Shown: one piece after another, positions 19,283-29,351 of the stretch
How the letters are laid out: every line of letters begins with the position of its first letter
How positions within the stretch are numbered: the first letter of the stretch is position 1
Assembly: GCA_002687175.1 (NCBI GenBank)
Contig: NYZP01000030.1
Location: 227 to 64,226, forward strand
DNA from: Parcubacteria group bacterium
GTDB lineage: Bacteria; Patescibacteriota; Patescibacteriia; Buchananbacterales; UBA6539
DNA length: 64,000 nucleotides
Direction: 5' to 3'
The notes under the pieces: model-generated
Database searches by the model: none
What the model was told of the DNA's origin: nothing
Seen by the model: only the letters and a program-made list of their open reading frames with translations
Program-made: the position numbers and the translations under genes

Positions 19283-19537
19283 ATGTTAGATAAATTTAAA
19301 GAGTTAGGAAAACTTAAGGCCTTACAAGACCAAGCAAAAAATGAAAGATTCGAAGCAAATAAGGATGGTGTTAAAGTTGTGGTCAATGGTAGCTTTAACG
19401 TAGAAGAAGTAGTTTTAAATTCGGAATTAACAGTTGAGCAACAAGCTGACATTGTTAAAGAGTGTTTTAATGATGCTATTAGAAATGCTCAAATGGGAAT
19501 GGCCCAAAAAATGCAAGGTTTAGGACTAGGAATGTAA
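19283..19537 (+). CDS. ybaB: YbaB/EbfC nucleoid-associated protein
   Basis: 84 aa; characteristic N-terminal helix, beta core and C-terminal Q/M-rich tail. Confidence 0.7.
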   Translation: MLDKFKELGKLKALQDQAKNERFEANKDGVKVVVNGSFNVEEVVLNSELTVEQQADIVKECFNDAIRNAQMGMAQKMQGLGLGM

Positions 19538-19604
19538 ATATTGACTAATTTTAGTCATATTGCTACCATAATTGTATATATTATTAATAATAATACAAAA
19601 ACTT

Positions 19605-20423
19605 ATGATGTTTAATAAAAAAGTATTAATCGCCACGGTATTCATTTTCGCCCTAGGTGCTTACATCACAGTGGTAAATGCTAGTCATTCATAGGGAAAT
19701 TATCACTGGGGAAGAACAACAAGTACTTTTACCCTTGAGCTTGGAGACAATCTTTCTTCAGATTGGGATTCTTATTTAGTAACTACCAGCAGTGACTGGA
19801 GCCAATCAACTGCTCTTGATACAATTATAAAATCAGGTAAAGGTAAAAGAAACTGTCGAGCCACTGATGGTCGTGCTGAAGTATGTAATAGCAGTTATGG
19901 TAATAATGGTTGGTTAGGAATAGCTCAAATTTGGATTAGCGGCGAACACATCACTAAAGGTGTTGTTAAAGTTAATGATTCTTATTTTGATACTCCTACC
20001 TATGATACTCCAGCTTGGAGAAATGTAGTTATGTGTCAGGAGGTTGGACACATCCTTGGTCTTGGTCACGTAGATGAAGATTTCAATAACCCACCATCAG
20101 GTACCTGCATGGATTATTCAGCTGATCCGGAACCAAATCAACATCCAAATCAACATGATTATGACATGTTAGAAATAATCTACGCTCACCTTGATAGTGT
20201 TGATACCTATAAATCTTCTGATGACGATGGCGGTGGTAACGGTAATAATGGTAGAGGCGGTGGTAGAGGTAAGCCAGAAGGAGTTGGCAACAACATGGAC
20301 TTAAATGACCCATCAGCTTGGGGACAATCTATTAAAGAAGATGCCCAAGGAAATAAATCTTTATTTGTAAAGGATTTAGGTAATGGTGAAAAATTATTCA
20401 CCTTTGTTACCTGGATTCAATAA
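19605..20423 (+). pseudogene. secreted metzincin-like protein interrupted by in-frame TAG (19692-19694); catalytic motif QEVGHILGLGH
   Basis: signal peptide MMFNKKVLIATVFIFALGAYITVVNA, then TAG, then a 243-codon stop-free continuation in the same frame to 20423; HExxHxxGxxH-like motif with first His replaced by Gln (CAG). Confidence 0.55.
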
Positions 20424-20452
20424 GTTGATAGCTTAAATTAAAAATCCTTAAA

Positions 20453-20482
20453 CAGCCCGCTATATTCTAGCGGGCTGTTTTT
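20453..20482 (+). terminator. intrinsic terminator
   Basis: 10-bp perfect stem CAGCCCGCTA/TAGCGGGCTG plus TTTTT. Confidence 0.7.
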
Positions 20483-20573
20483 ATATCATTGACAATTTAG
20501 AAAAAATATAATAGTATAATTTATCGTTCATTGAATGTTAAATACTACTCAACTTGGAAAGGAGGTATACCCA

Positions 20574-21131
20574 ATGCCTACCTATAGGATGATTCGCTGT
20601 GGCACAGACTATTCTTTTGTGATTGTAGTAACACCAGCAGATACTGACCCTATGTCAGAGGATGGTACTTTTTATCGGTACCTTAGGGAAGATGACGGAG
20701 ATGACCCAGCAGTTTTTTATGAAATAGAAAGACTAACAGCCGTTGGTTATTTTGGTGGCATATATGACGGATCTCGTGCTTTTGCACCAAGAAAACGTTT
20801 CGAATCCCTTGACGCCATATTGGAATTTATCCATGGTGATGACCATTCAATACGAGTCAAGGTTACAGCAGATGAAGCTGGAGAAGTGCTTGTTGGTTAC
20901 GGATATCTTCAAGAAGCTGTGATTGTATATATTGTAAGAGCACCTGACGGTAAATTAAGGAGTAGAAAAAACCCAGAAGAAAAGCCATCTGAAAAAGAAA
21001 TTTCTGAGTGGGGCGGACAGTTGATAGTTGAAGGTAACCATCACAAAATTGTACTTGATGATGGTAGGGAAGTTTACGATTTCCAAGTTCACTGGGATGA
21101 AGTTCTTGAAGGAGAGGAGGAACACGTATGA
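20574..21131 (+). CDS. hypothetical protein, GC-elevated
   Basis: strong RBS AAAGGAGG 8 nt upstream of ATG 20574; about 42% GC. Confidence 0.55.
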   Translation: MPTYRMIRCGTDYSFVIVVTPADTDPMSEDGTFYRYLREDDGDDPAVFYEIERLTAVGYFGGIYDGSRAFAPRKRFESLDAILEFIHGDDHSIRVKVTADEAGEVLVGYGYLQEAVIVYIVRAPDGKLRSRKNPEEKPSEKEISEWGGQLIVEGNHHKIVLDDGREVYDFQVHWDEVLEGEEEHV

Positions 21132-21349
21132 AGAGAAAATTATCGTTATTTTGGATTATCCATTTCAGTAGCAAGCCTAATGAACGACACGAAGTAATTG
21201 CTCTGACCAAGGGTCAAGCTATTGAAAAAGCTTGCTTAATATACAGGCTTAAAAAAAGACATGTTGTAACTGCTTTTCATGTAGGCAAAGCCAGAGAAAA
21301 GCATAGGTCCTATCTTACCAGGAGATTAAGGGAACTACATTCTTGGTAA
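21128..21349 (+). CDS. small basic hypothetical protein, translationally coupled (ATGA overlap)
   Basis: 73 aa, pI very basic, 4-nt overlap with upstream gene. Confidence 0.45.
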   Translation: MKRKLSLFWIIHFSSKPNERHEVIALTKGQAIEKACLIYRLKKRHVVTAFHVGKAREKHRSYLTRRLRELHSW

Positions 21350-21388
21350 TTAGTATTCATTTCAGTTAGCTTAATCAGGTTAACAACC

Positions 21389-21422
21389 AAAGCTCAATGA
21401 TAATATCAAAGAGCTTTTTTTA
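21389..21422 (+). terminator. intrinsic terminator
   Basis: AAAGCTC...GAGCTTT hairpin plus T7. Confidence 0.55.
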
Positions 21423-21466
21423 TTTTAAATTTTGTTAATTAACAAATTTTTGCTAAGATTAGGTTA

Positions 21467-22561
21467 ATGTTATTTGGACTTATAAATTTAATAGTAATTG
21501 CCCCGATGATTCTTTTTTCTCTTGGGGTTACTTATCTTTTAAATAATGGCGAACCAACATATAAAGTCTTGACACGACCGGAAAAAATAGAGGTCAAAGC
21601 CATCTACATGACTGGTTATACGGCTGGCTGGAAAGCACGCAGGGAAGAATTAATTAATTTGATTGAAACTACCGAGCTTAATGCCGTGGTTATAGATATT
21701 AAAGATTCTACTGGTAGGATCTTTTTTGATACTAATATACCATTAGTTAATAAAATTGGTGCCGAGGATATTAGAATTCCTGATTTAGCAGAGTTAGTCC
21801 AGGATTTAAAAAGCAGGGGAATTTATACTATTGCCAGGATGGTGGTGTTTCAAGATCCCTATTTAGCCAGAAGTAAGCCGGAAATCGCTTTAAATGCAAA
21901 ATACGGTGGCCTTTGGCGTGATTGGAAAGGTCTATCTTGGGTTGACCCAACCCAAAAGTTTGTTTGGGATTATAATATGGATTTAGCCAAAGAGGCAGTT
22001 AAATTAGGCTTTGATGAAATTAATTTTGATTATATTCGTTTTCCTTCGGATGGCAATATTAAACAAATCTCTTTTGCAAATCTAAAGGATAGCAGTTCCC
22101 TTGGTAAGTCAGAAGTGATGAAGAGTTTTTATGAGTATCTAAATGAAACCCTAAGCTATGTACCAGTTATTACTTCGGCTGACATGTTCGGCATGGTTCT
22201 TTGGCGTGATGATGGTTTGAATATTGGTCAACGGTTTGACGATGCCGCTCCTAATTTTGATTTCATAGCTCCGATGGTATATCCATCTCATTATCCTTCT
22301 GGTTTTGAAGGTTTTGCTAATCCAGCGGCTCATCCTTACGAGGTTATCTATCGCAGTTTAATCCAAGTTGAGGACAGACTAGTTGACTCACGAGCTCAAC
22401 TTAGGCCTTGGCTCCAGGATTTTGATTTAGGTGCAGTTTATACTCCAGAGATGATACGTTTACAAAAACAGGCAACTTATGATGGCGGTGGCAATGGTTG
22501 GTTTTTATGGAATGCCTCTAATAACTATACCGTAGGCGGACTTGAGTTAGCCATAGAATAA
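21467..22561 (+). CDS. putative glycoside hydrolase-like (GHL/DUF4015-type TIM barrel) membrane-anchored protein
   Basis: 364 aa; N-terminal TM; IYMTGYTAG...VVIDIKD pattern. Confidence 0.55.
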   Translation: MLFGLINLIVIAPMILFSLGVTYLLNNGEPTYKVLTRPEKIEVKAIYMTGYTAGWKARREELINLIETTELNAVVIDIKDSTGRIFFDTNIPLVNKIGAEDIRIPDLAELVQDLKSRGIYTIARMVVFQDPYLARSKPEIALNAKYGGLWRDWKGLSWVDPTQKFVWDYNMDLAKEAVKLGFDEINFDYIRFPSDGNIKQISFANLKDSSSLGKSEVMKSFYEYLNETLSYVPVITSADMFGMVLWRDDGLNIGQRFDDAAPNFDFIAPMVYPSHYPSGFEGFANPAAHPYEVIYRSLIQVEDRLVDSRAQLRPWLQDFDLGAVYTPEMIRLQKQATYDGGGNGWFLWNASNNYTVGGLELAIE

Positions 22562-22670
22562 TGGCTTAACTTGTGGATAATTTGGTAAATTTTAATTTGC
22601 TCTAAATGGTCGTTTTTGTTAAAGTGTACTCACATTAAAAATTAGATATACCTCCTTAAGGTTTTATCAT

Positions 22671-24173
22671 ATGTATTTAGAATTTTTATCATTTAGGAGG
22701 AGGGTTAAGGCCACATTTACGGTAGGTCTTTTTTTTATATTAATAATTTTTTTATTATTAGCTGCTCCAGTAAGTGCAGAAACTAACAACTCAATTTCCG
22801 GACGTATTTTTGAAGACCTTAATTTTAATGATGTTCTAGATGATGGTGAGATTATTCTAGAAGATTGGACATTAAATTTGTACAAAGCTGACAATCTAGT
22901 TAGTTCACAAAAAACTAATGAAGCCGGTAAATATTTTTTTGGTAATTTAGCTTCCGGGGAATATTCGTTAAAGTTAACAATTCCTGATAAGTGGTTAGCA
23001 GTTTCCGCTAGTTTAGTAACTGTTAATGTTGCTACTAACTCTAGTCAAGAAATAAATTTTACTGCCTATAAGATATTTAGAGAGGAGCCAGTTTTAAGTC
23101 CGATGATGACATTGACTAATCAAAGTGTTGAAGTGTTATCACCAACCTCTGTTAGGATTACTTGGTTTACCAATAAAGAAGCTACGACTCAAGTTGTTTT
23201 TGATAAATCAGGTGTTAGTAATGATCAGCTGATAATTAGTAACAATAGTTTAAGCTACAATTTTTCATCAGTAATAGATTTCAATGGAAATACTTTTCAT
23301 TCAGTTATTTTGACTGACTTAGACCCGGCGGCAACCTATAACTATCGCGCTGCTTCAATTCCTAATCCCAGACAATGGCGTGGTTCACCTCGGATTTATA
23401 CTGACGAAGTAGATTTTGTTACCGATAAATTACCACCAGAGGTTAGTCAGCCATTACCAAGTACAACAATTGAGGAACAGGATCCTGTTTCAGAAATAAT
23501 ACCTGATGGGCAAGTTTTAGGAGTTAAAAAAGATTTAGCGGTGACTGAAGTTGTTTCCGAGAAAAATTTAGTCATTGAAGACCCTGACGAGAAAGACCAA
23601 AGTGAAGAAGTAGTATTGAATGAAGAATTACCAATTAATGTTGCAAATCCTTCACTAGACTCATTCAACTGCCGGCCACATATTTGGATTCTGCTAATTT
23701 TAAATGTATTTGCGATCGTAGTACTTAGATCAAAAGGTCAAAGAACAAAAAGTAATAGGGTTCAAAGACTTTGGTATTTAGTGGCAATTCTGGTGGCAGG
23801 GCCAACAACACTTGGTTACCCAGGTTGCTGGTTGATAACTTGGTTAGTATTTACTTTAGTATTATCAATAGCTATTATAGCCGGGTTTAAAAGTAAACCA
23901 CCAAATAACAATTCAGGGCCGTCATATATAGTTCCCGAAAAACCGCCAACCATTCCTAAAATTGTAGATACCATTAATGATAAACAAACTGTTGAAAAAC
24001 CCGAAATAAAATCATCAATTGAAAAAGTAAATAATGAGGTTAATACGAACGCAACTTCTCCGCCAATTAATTTACCACCGCCATCATCGTCACCAATAAC
24101 ATCGCCTCCAGCTGAACCAAAAAATGATCCCAATCAACCAGATCCACCGCCAGACAACCGATTTCCTCTTTAG
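22671..24173 (+). CDS. cell-surface protein with Cna-B/SdrD-like and fibronectin-III-like domains, C-terminal TM and Pro-rich tail
   Basis: 500 aa; signal peptide, GRIFEDLNFNDVLDDGE Cna-B-like, FN3-like VRITWFT, TM segments near C-terminus. Confidence 0.6.
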   Translation: MYLEFLSFRRRVKATFTVGLFFILIIFLLLAAPVSAETNNSISGRIFEDLNFNDVLDDGEIILEDWTLNLYKADNLVSSQKTNEAGKYFFGNLASGEYSLKLTIPDKWLAVSASLVTVNVATNSSQEINFTAYKIFREEPVLSPMMTLTNQSVEVLSPTSVRITWFTNKEATTQVVFDKSGVSNDQLIISNNSLSYNFSSVIDFNGNTFHSVILTDLDPAATYNYRAASIPNPRQWRGSPRIYTDEVDFVTDKLPPEVSQPLPSTTIEEQDPVSEIIPDGQVLGVKKDLAVTEVVSEKNLVIEDPDEKDQSEEVVLNEELPINVANPSLDSFNCRPHIWILLILNVFAIVVLRSKGQRTKSNRVQRLWYLVAILVAGPTTLGYPGCWLITWLVFTLVLSIAIIAGFKSKPPNNNSGPSYIVPEKPPTIPKIVDTINDKQTVEKPEIKSSIEKVNNEVNTNATSPPINLPPPSSSPITSPPAEPKNDPNQPDPPPDNRFPL

Positions 24174-24178
24174 ATATA

Positions 24179-24204
24179 GCCCCTCGTTAAAAACGAGGGG
24201 TTTG
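24179..24204 (+). terminator. intrinsic terminator
   Basis: CCCCTCGTT-AAAA-ACGAGGGG plus TTT. Confidence 0.6.
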
Positions 24205-24251
24205 ACAAATTAGGTCTATAATATTATATTTTAAAAGTTTACATTAAATTT

Positions 24252-25352
24252 TTGAAAATGTTTTTGTTAAAAAGTATAAAATCAGATAAAAAACACAACA
24301 AGCTAAAAAATTTTAGACGACTTATTATCGCTGAGAAAAAAGAGTTCAGTCAACTGCTGACTGGAAAAGAAACTTCCAAAAAATTTTTTAAAGACTCAGG
24401 AAATTTATTAAAAGATTTTTTTATTCCTTATTCAGGAAATAATCATAAACCAAAAATTTTAAGATCAGATAGCCTGGCCAGTTATGCGATCATAGCAATA
24501 ATTGTAAAGATGTTTACTGTTGGCTTCTTGTTTTTAGCTTATCCCAATCCGGCCCAACTTAGTTCTATTGTCGCTTCGAATATTATTAATTTAACAAATC
24601 AATCTAGACTAGATAGTGGACTTAATAAGTTGTCAGAAAATTCATTATTATCTTCATATGCTTTAGCCAAGGCCGAGGATATGATGAATCGAAATTATTT
24701 TAGCCATGATACCCCTGAAGGCAAACACCCCTGGCAATGGATTAATCGGGGTGAGTATGACTATATTTATGCTGGAGAAAACATGGCCATGGATTTTATT
24801 AGCGCAGAAACAGTTCAGGCCGCATACCTGAAAAGTCCCAGTCATCGACAAAATATTTTAAATTCAAATTATCAAGACATTGGTGTTGCCGTCTTGCATG
24901 GAGAACTAAATAATAAACAAACTACTTTACTGGTAGTTTTTTTCGCTACTAAGAGAAGTGATTTGCTTGATTTAGGGACTAAGCCAGCTATAGCTATAAA
25001 TAACGATAATGCAACTTTTTTAGATACTGATTTGATTGAGCAGCCAACCGTTGCCGGAGTTCAAACGATTGTCCAAGACAATAAATCTAATGATGGTGTG
25101 GTACATGTTGCTGCTACTCAAAAATCTGGTAAATCAGTGGTTGATTTTGTGGTTGAGTATTCAAATATTTTCTTTTTAGCATTTTTGTTTTTTATTTTAA
25201 TATCATTGGTAGCTAATATAATTATCAAGGCAAAAATTCAGCATCCGACGATAATTTTACAAAGCCTTGCCGTAGTTTCTTTATTGGCCGCATTGTTGCT
25301 TGCTAAAATTCACTTTATTGAAAAGGTTACGTCACAACTTTTAATACTCTAA
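24252..25352 (+). CDS. CAP/SCP (PR-1-like) domain membrane protein
   Basis: 366 aa; YFSHDTPEG...AGENMA...SPSHRQNIL CAP motifs, N- and C-terminal TM. Confidence 0.7.
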   Translation: MKMFLLKSIKSDKKHNKLKNFRRLIIAEKKEFSQLLTGKETSKKFFKDSGNLLKDFFIPYSGNNHKPKILRSDSLASYAIIAIIVKMFTVGFLFLAYPNPAQLSSIVASNIINLTNQSRLDSGLNKLSENSLLSSYALAKAEDMMNRNYFSHDTPEGKHPWQWINRGEYDYIYAGENMAMDFISAETVQAAYLKSPSHRQNILNSNYQDIGVAVLHGELNNKQTTLLVVFFATKRSDLLDLGTKPAIAINNDNATFLDTDLIEQPTVAGVQTIVQDNKSNDGVVHVAATQKSGKSVVDFVVEYSNIFFLAFLFFILISLVANIIIKAKIQHPTIILQSLAVVSLLAALLLAKIHFIEKVTSQLLIL

Positions 25353-25378
25353 ATAATCATTTAGTTAAAAAAGATATA

Positions 25379-25399
25379 GCCCCAAAACGGGGTTTTATT
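25379..25399 (+). terminator. intrinsic terminator
   Basis: GCCCCAAAACGGGGT plus TTTATT. Confidence 0.55.
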
Positions 25400-25427
25400 G
25401 TCTTAAAAATTGTGTTATATTAAGGTT

Positions 25428-26987
25428 ATGGCAAATTCTAAAAAAAAACAAAAAAAGCAAAATAATTCTAAATCAGAAGATGTAAAAAGTGATTTTATAA
25501 CGGTTGCTTCTCATCAATTAAGAACTCCAATTTCGGCAATTCGCTGGTCACTCGACACTTTACTCAGTGCCCGAACAGGCAAATTATCTGACAAACAAAA
25601 AGAAATAGTATCTCAAGCTTATCAGAATAATAAATTCATGGTTAAGGTAGTTAATGATTTGTTGAGAGTCTCTCGCCTCGAGGAGAAAGGAATTAATCTT
25701 GTTCCTAAATTTGTAAATTTTGAAAAATTAGTTAAGGAACTCTTATCACGTCATAAATATTTTGCTGATGCTTGCAACTGTAAAATAAGTATCGTAGTTG
25801 AAAATAATTTGCCTAAAGTTTACATCGACCCTTTGCAAATCAAGCCCGTCATTAATGGATTAATAGACAATGCCATTCGTTATGGCCGAGACAAAGGAAC
25901 TGTAAAAATTAATTTAAAGAAGTCAAAAAATCGTGTATTGTTTAAAATAGAGGACAAGGGTATCGGTATTCCGCTTAATCAGAAAGACCTTGTATTTTCT
26001 CAATTTTTTAGAGCGCAAAATGCCATGAAAACACAGACCGAAGGATTAGGCCTTGATTTATATCTGGCAAAAAAAATTATTGAAGCTTCTGGCGGCGAGA
26101 TTAATTTTAGTAGTGTGGTAAATAAAGGAACAATTTTTAATGCCTATTTGCCAATTTCAAAAAATCAGGTTAAAGAAAATGATGATGAAAAAATAAAAAA
26201 AATTGTAGAGGAAAATCCAGAAGATATTTTGAAGAAAGAAAGAGAATTTGTATCAATTACCGTTCATGAATTAAAGGCACCGCTAGGATTAAGTAAATGG
26301 AGTCTAGAGATGTTAAAGGGTGGCAAATCAGGGAACCTAACTGAAAAGCAACTTGGGTTAATTGATCAAGTTTATCGAGGGAACGAAAGATTACTAGTGC
26401 TGGTTCGTGATTTATTAAATTTGTCAAAGCTTCAAGAAGGTAAATTTGAAATTAAGCCAGAGCGAATACAACTTTCTAAAGATATTTTTCAAGTAGTTGA
26501 TGGGTTTCATATAGAAGCTAAAAGAAAAAATATAAATTTACAACTAGTGAAGCCAAAAAATAAATTACCAAAAGTTATCGCAGATAGAAATCGGATTGCT
26601 CAAGTGGCAACTAATCTAATTTCTAATGCCATCAAATATACACCCGCTAACGGTAAGGTAATTGTGTCCTTAAAAAAAATTAGTGGTAAAAAACTTGAAG
26701 ATATGAGTGATGATAATACTACTGTTAATATTAATCATACTGATAATAAAAAAGGGTATTTAGTATTTTCTGTTAAGGATAGTGGTATTGGTATTTCAGA
26801 CAAAGATCAAAAAAAATTATTTAGTCGTTTTTTTAGAAGTGAAAAGGTCTTAGAATCTGAAACTGAAGGAACTGGTCTTGGGTTATATATCACCAAGTCA
26901 ATTATTAATCTACATAAGGGTGATATTTGGTTTAAAAGCAAGTTGGGTCATGGATCAGAATTTTATTTTAGTTTACCAATAGCTTAA
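25428..26987 (+). CDS. cytoplasmic histidine kinase with two tandem HisKA-HATPase cores
   Basis: two H-boxes (ASHQLRTP and TVHELKAP) each followed by N/G1/G2 boxes (DNAIRYG...GLGLDLYLAKKII and SNAIKYT...GTGLGLYITKSII); no TM; ATG 25428 has AAGG 4 nt upstream (ORF track 25410). Confidence 0.8.
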   Translation: MANSKKKQKKQNNSKSEDVKSDFITVASHQLRTPISAIRWSLDTLLSARTGKLSDKQKEIVSQAYQNNKFMVKVVNDLLRVSRLEEKGINLVPKFVNFEKLVKELLSRHKYFADACNCKISIVVENNLPKVYIDPLQIKPVINGLIDNAIRYGRDKGTVKINLKKSKNRVLFKIEDKGIGIPLNQKDLVFSQFFRAQNAMKTQTEGLGLDLYLAKKIIEASGGEINFSSVVNKGTIFNAYLPISKNQVKENDDEKIKKIVEENPEDILKKEREFVSITVHELKAPLGLSKWSLEMLKGGKSGNLTEKQLGLIDQVYRGNERLLVLVRDLLNLSKLQEGKFEIKPERIQLSKDIFQVVDGFHIEAKRKNINLQLVKPKNKLPKVIADRNRIAQVATNLISNAIKYTPANGKVIVSLKKISGKKLEDMSDDNTTVNINHTDNKKGYLVFSVKDSGIGISDKDQKKLFSRFFRSEKVLESETEGTGLGLYITKSIINLHKGDIWFKSKLGHGSEFYFSLPIA

Positions 26988-27005
26988 AATTAATAATTTA
27001 AGCTT

Positions 27006-27386
27006 ATGAAAAAAGTAAAAATCCTCATTATTGAAGATGACAAATCACTGGTTAGGATTATTGAAGAAGCCCTTGATATAGATAAGTTTAAGGTCGTATT
27101 GGCTTTAAGCGCAGATGAAGGATTGGATAAAGCTTTCTTGGAGAAACCAGATTTAATCGTACTTGACATAATGTTACCAGGACAAAGTGGTTTTAATTGT
27201 CTTAAAAAGCTTAAAGAGAACAAGAAAACCAAAAATATTCCAGTTATTATTTTATCCAATCTAGGACAAGATGAAGAGATTAGGCAAGGTCAAAAATTGG
27301 GTGCTATTGATTATTTAGTTAAAGCTGATTTCACGATTGATGAGATTATTAACAAAATAGTAAAATACACAAGTAAGAAAAAATAA
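27006..27386 (+). CDS. stand-alone response regulator receiver (CheY-like)
   Basis: 126 aa; DD...D phospho-acceptor LIVLDIMLPG, no output domain. Confidence 0.85.
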   Translation: MKKVKILIIEDDKSLVRIIEEALDIDKFKVVLALSADEGLDKAFLEKPDLIVLDIMLPGQSGFNCLKKLKENKKTKNIPVIILSNLGQDEEIRQGQKLGAIDYLVKADFTIDEIINKIVKYTSKKK

Positions 27387-27407
27387 ACTTACAAGGTAAT
27401 TTAGGTT

Positions 27408-28322
27408 ATGGCAATTAAAACAATTAAAACAAAGGAACTAAACTGGTACTACTTAACTGACTTTTCAAACAAGGAGTTAGATTTTTTAAAAAATAATTTT
27501 AAATTTCATCCACTTGATTTAAAAGATTGTGCTGGTGAAATTCAACGTACTAAAATTGACAGCTATAAAAACTATTTATTTTTAGTTTTTCAATTACCAA
27601 CTATAGAGAAGAAATCAAAAAGAGTTGGTATTGAGCAAATTTATATTTTTGTTGGTAAGGATTATTTAGTAGTTATTGGTCCAAAAAAAGTAAAGTCTTT
27701 GGCTAATATTTTTTATAAAGCAGTTAATAATAATAGTTTTAAAGAAGACGTTACTATGCAAGGTAGCGGCTATCTGTTATACCGGATTTTGGATTCACTA
27801 CTAAGGTCAAGCTGGACTGTTCACCAATACCTTGACCAAGAAATTGGCAGTGTTGAACTTGAGATTGATGCTGGACGTGGAAAAAAATTAGTTTTTGATA
27901 TTGCTTTCTTAAGAAGAATTATTTTACAACTTAAAACTATTATTGACCCCCAACGTCTTGTCACCAATACTTTAAGTAGGATGAATACAAATTTTTTAGG
28001 AAAAGACATGGCAGTCTATTTTGATGACCTTGATGATTTCATCGAGAAAAATTTATTCATTTTAGAAAGCTATAAGGATCGAATATTAAGCTTGCATGAA
28101 ATAAATGAGTCATTAATTTCATATCGAACGAACACGATCATGAAAATTTTAACCATTTTTTCCGTCGCTTTACTGCCATTAACTTTATTAACGGGAATCT
28201 ATGGTATGAACGTTGATTTACCTTATACTAATACTCCAGGCAGCATCTGGATTATATTTGGTATTTTAAGTTTATTTATTATCGGTATTTTTTTGGTTTT
28301 GAAAAAGAAAAATTGGATATAA
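27408..28322 (+). CDS. corA: CorA-family Mg2+/Co2+ transporter
   Basis: 304 aa; YGMN motif and two C-terminal TM. Confidence 0.85.
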   Translation: MAIKTIKTKELNWYYLTDFSNKELDFLKNNFKFHPLDLKDCAGEIQRTKIDSYKNYLFLVFQLPTIEKKSKRVGIEQIYIFVGKDYLVVIGPKKVKSLANIFYKAVNNNSFKEDVTMQGSGYLLYRILDSLLRSSWTVHQYLDQEIGSVELEIDAGRGKKLVFDIAFLRRIILQLKTIIDPQRLVTNTLSRMNTNFLGKDMAVYFDDLDDFIEKNLFILESYKDRILSLHEINESLISYRTNTIMKILTIFSVALLPLTLLTGIYGMNVDLPYTNTPGSIWIIFGILSLFIIGIFLVLKKKNWI

Positions 28323-28343
28323 TTTAGAATAAAATTTGAGTGT

Positions 28344-29351
28344 ATGGGACGTTTTGATATTGTAACAATTGGTGGTGCGGTTAAAGATTTTACTTTTTAT
28401 ACTGACGCTGGCAAGTTTTTTTCTACCCCAGAAAATTTAACAGCTCAACGAATGTTAGCATTCGAGTACGGAGCTAAAATTAATATTAAAGAAGCTCACA
28501 CCAATTTTGGCGGTGGGGCAGCTAACGCGGCTGTATGTTTGTCTAGACTAGGTTTTAAAGTAGCTACACTATCACGTTTAGGTAAAGATGAAATCGCTAA
28601 TGAAATACTTAAAAATTTTAAGAGCGAGAAAGTTAATACCAGTTTTATCCAAATAGATAAAAAGTTGGCTTCAGGGTATTCATTTATTTTAGCCACTGAT
28701 AAAAAGGAGAGGGAACACATTTCTTTTTCGTTTAGAGGGGCGATTGATAATTTACATTTTAATGTTAAAAATTTGTCACGACTTAGCTGTGATTGGATAT
28801 ACCTAACTTCATTATCTGGTAAAGGATGGCTCAAGACTTTAAAAACAATTTTTGATTTCGCGTCCCAGAAAGGTATTAAAATAGCTTGGAATCCCGGCAA
28901 TCATCAATTACAAAGCGGCAAGAAGATTCTTTCACCTTATTTAAAACAAACAGATATTTTAATTTTAAATAAGGATGAAGCAATTGAACTGGTACTTTCC
29001 GGAGTAAAACTAGGTAAAAAAAATCCAAAGCATTTTAATAAACCAATTTATTTATTAAATATTTTAGGGGAATGGGCCCCAAAAATTTCTTTGGTTACTG
29101 GTGGAAAACAAGGAGCTTGGGCTTATGACGGAGCTAACATTTACCGCACCAGCATAGCTAATAAAAAAGTTCTTGATACAACTGGAGTAGGAGATAGCTT
29201 TAGTTCCACATTTTTAGCCGGCCTAATAGCTAATAAAAATAACATTAACAAAGCTTTGAGGTGGGGGGTAGTTAATAGCGGATCAGTAGTTTCTAAGGTT
29301 GGTGCCCAAAATGGTTTACTAAGCCGTAAGAGCTTAAATGATAAAATATGA
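28344..29351 (+). CDS. PfkB-family carbohydrate kinase
   Basis: 335 aa; GGAANAA and DTTGVGDSF motifs. Confidence 0.8.
   Translation: MGRFDIVTIGGAVKDFTFYTDAGKFFSTPENLTAQRMLAFEYGAKINIKEAHTNFGGGAANAAVCLSRLGFKVATLSRLGKDEIANEILKNFKSEKVNTSFIQIDKKLASGYSFILATDKKEREHISFSFRGAIDNLHFNVKNLSRLSCDWIYLTSLSGKGWLKTLKTIFDFASQKGIKIAWNPGNHQLQSGKKILSPYLKQTDILILNKDEAIELVLSGVKLGKKNPKHFNKPIYLLNILGEWAPKISLVTGGKQGAWAYDGANIYRTSIANKKVLDTTGVGDSFSSTFLAGLIANKNNINKALRWGVVNSGSVVSKVGAQNGLLSRKSLNDKI

Noticed and set aside
22573-22581. Perfect DnaA box TGTGGATAA (and TTATCCACC near 58223)
   Set aside because: Isolated single boxes with no cluster, no AT-rich DUE context adjacent to dnaA/dnaN. Insufficient to call oriC.
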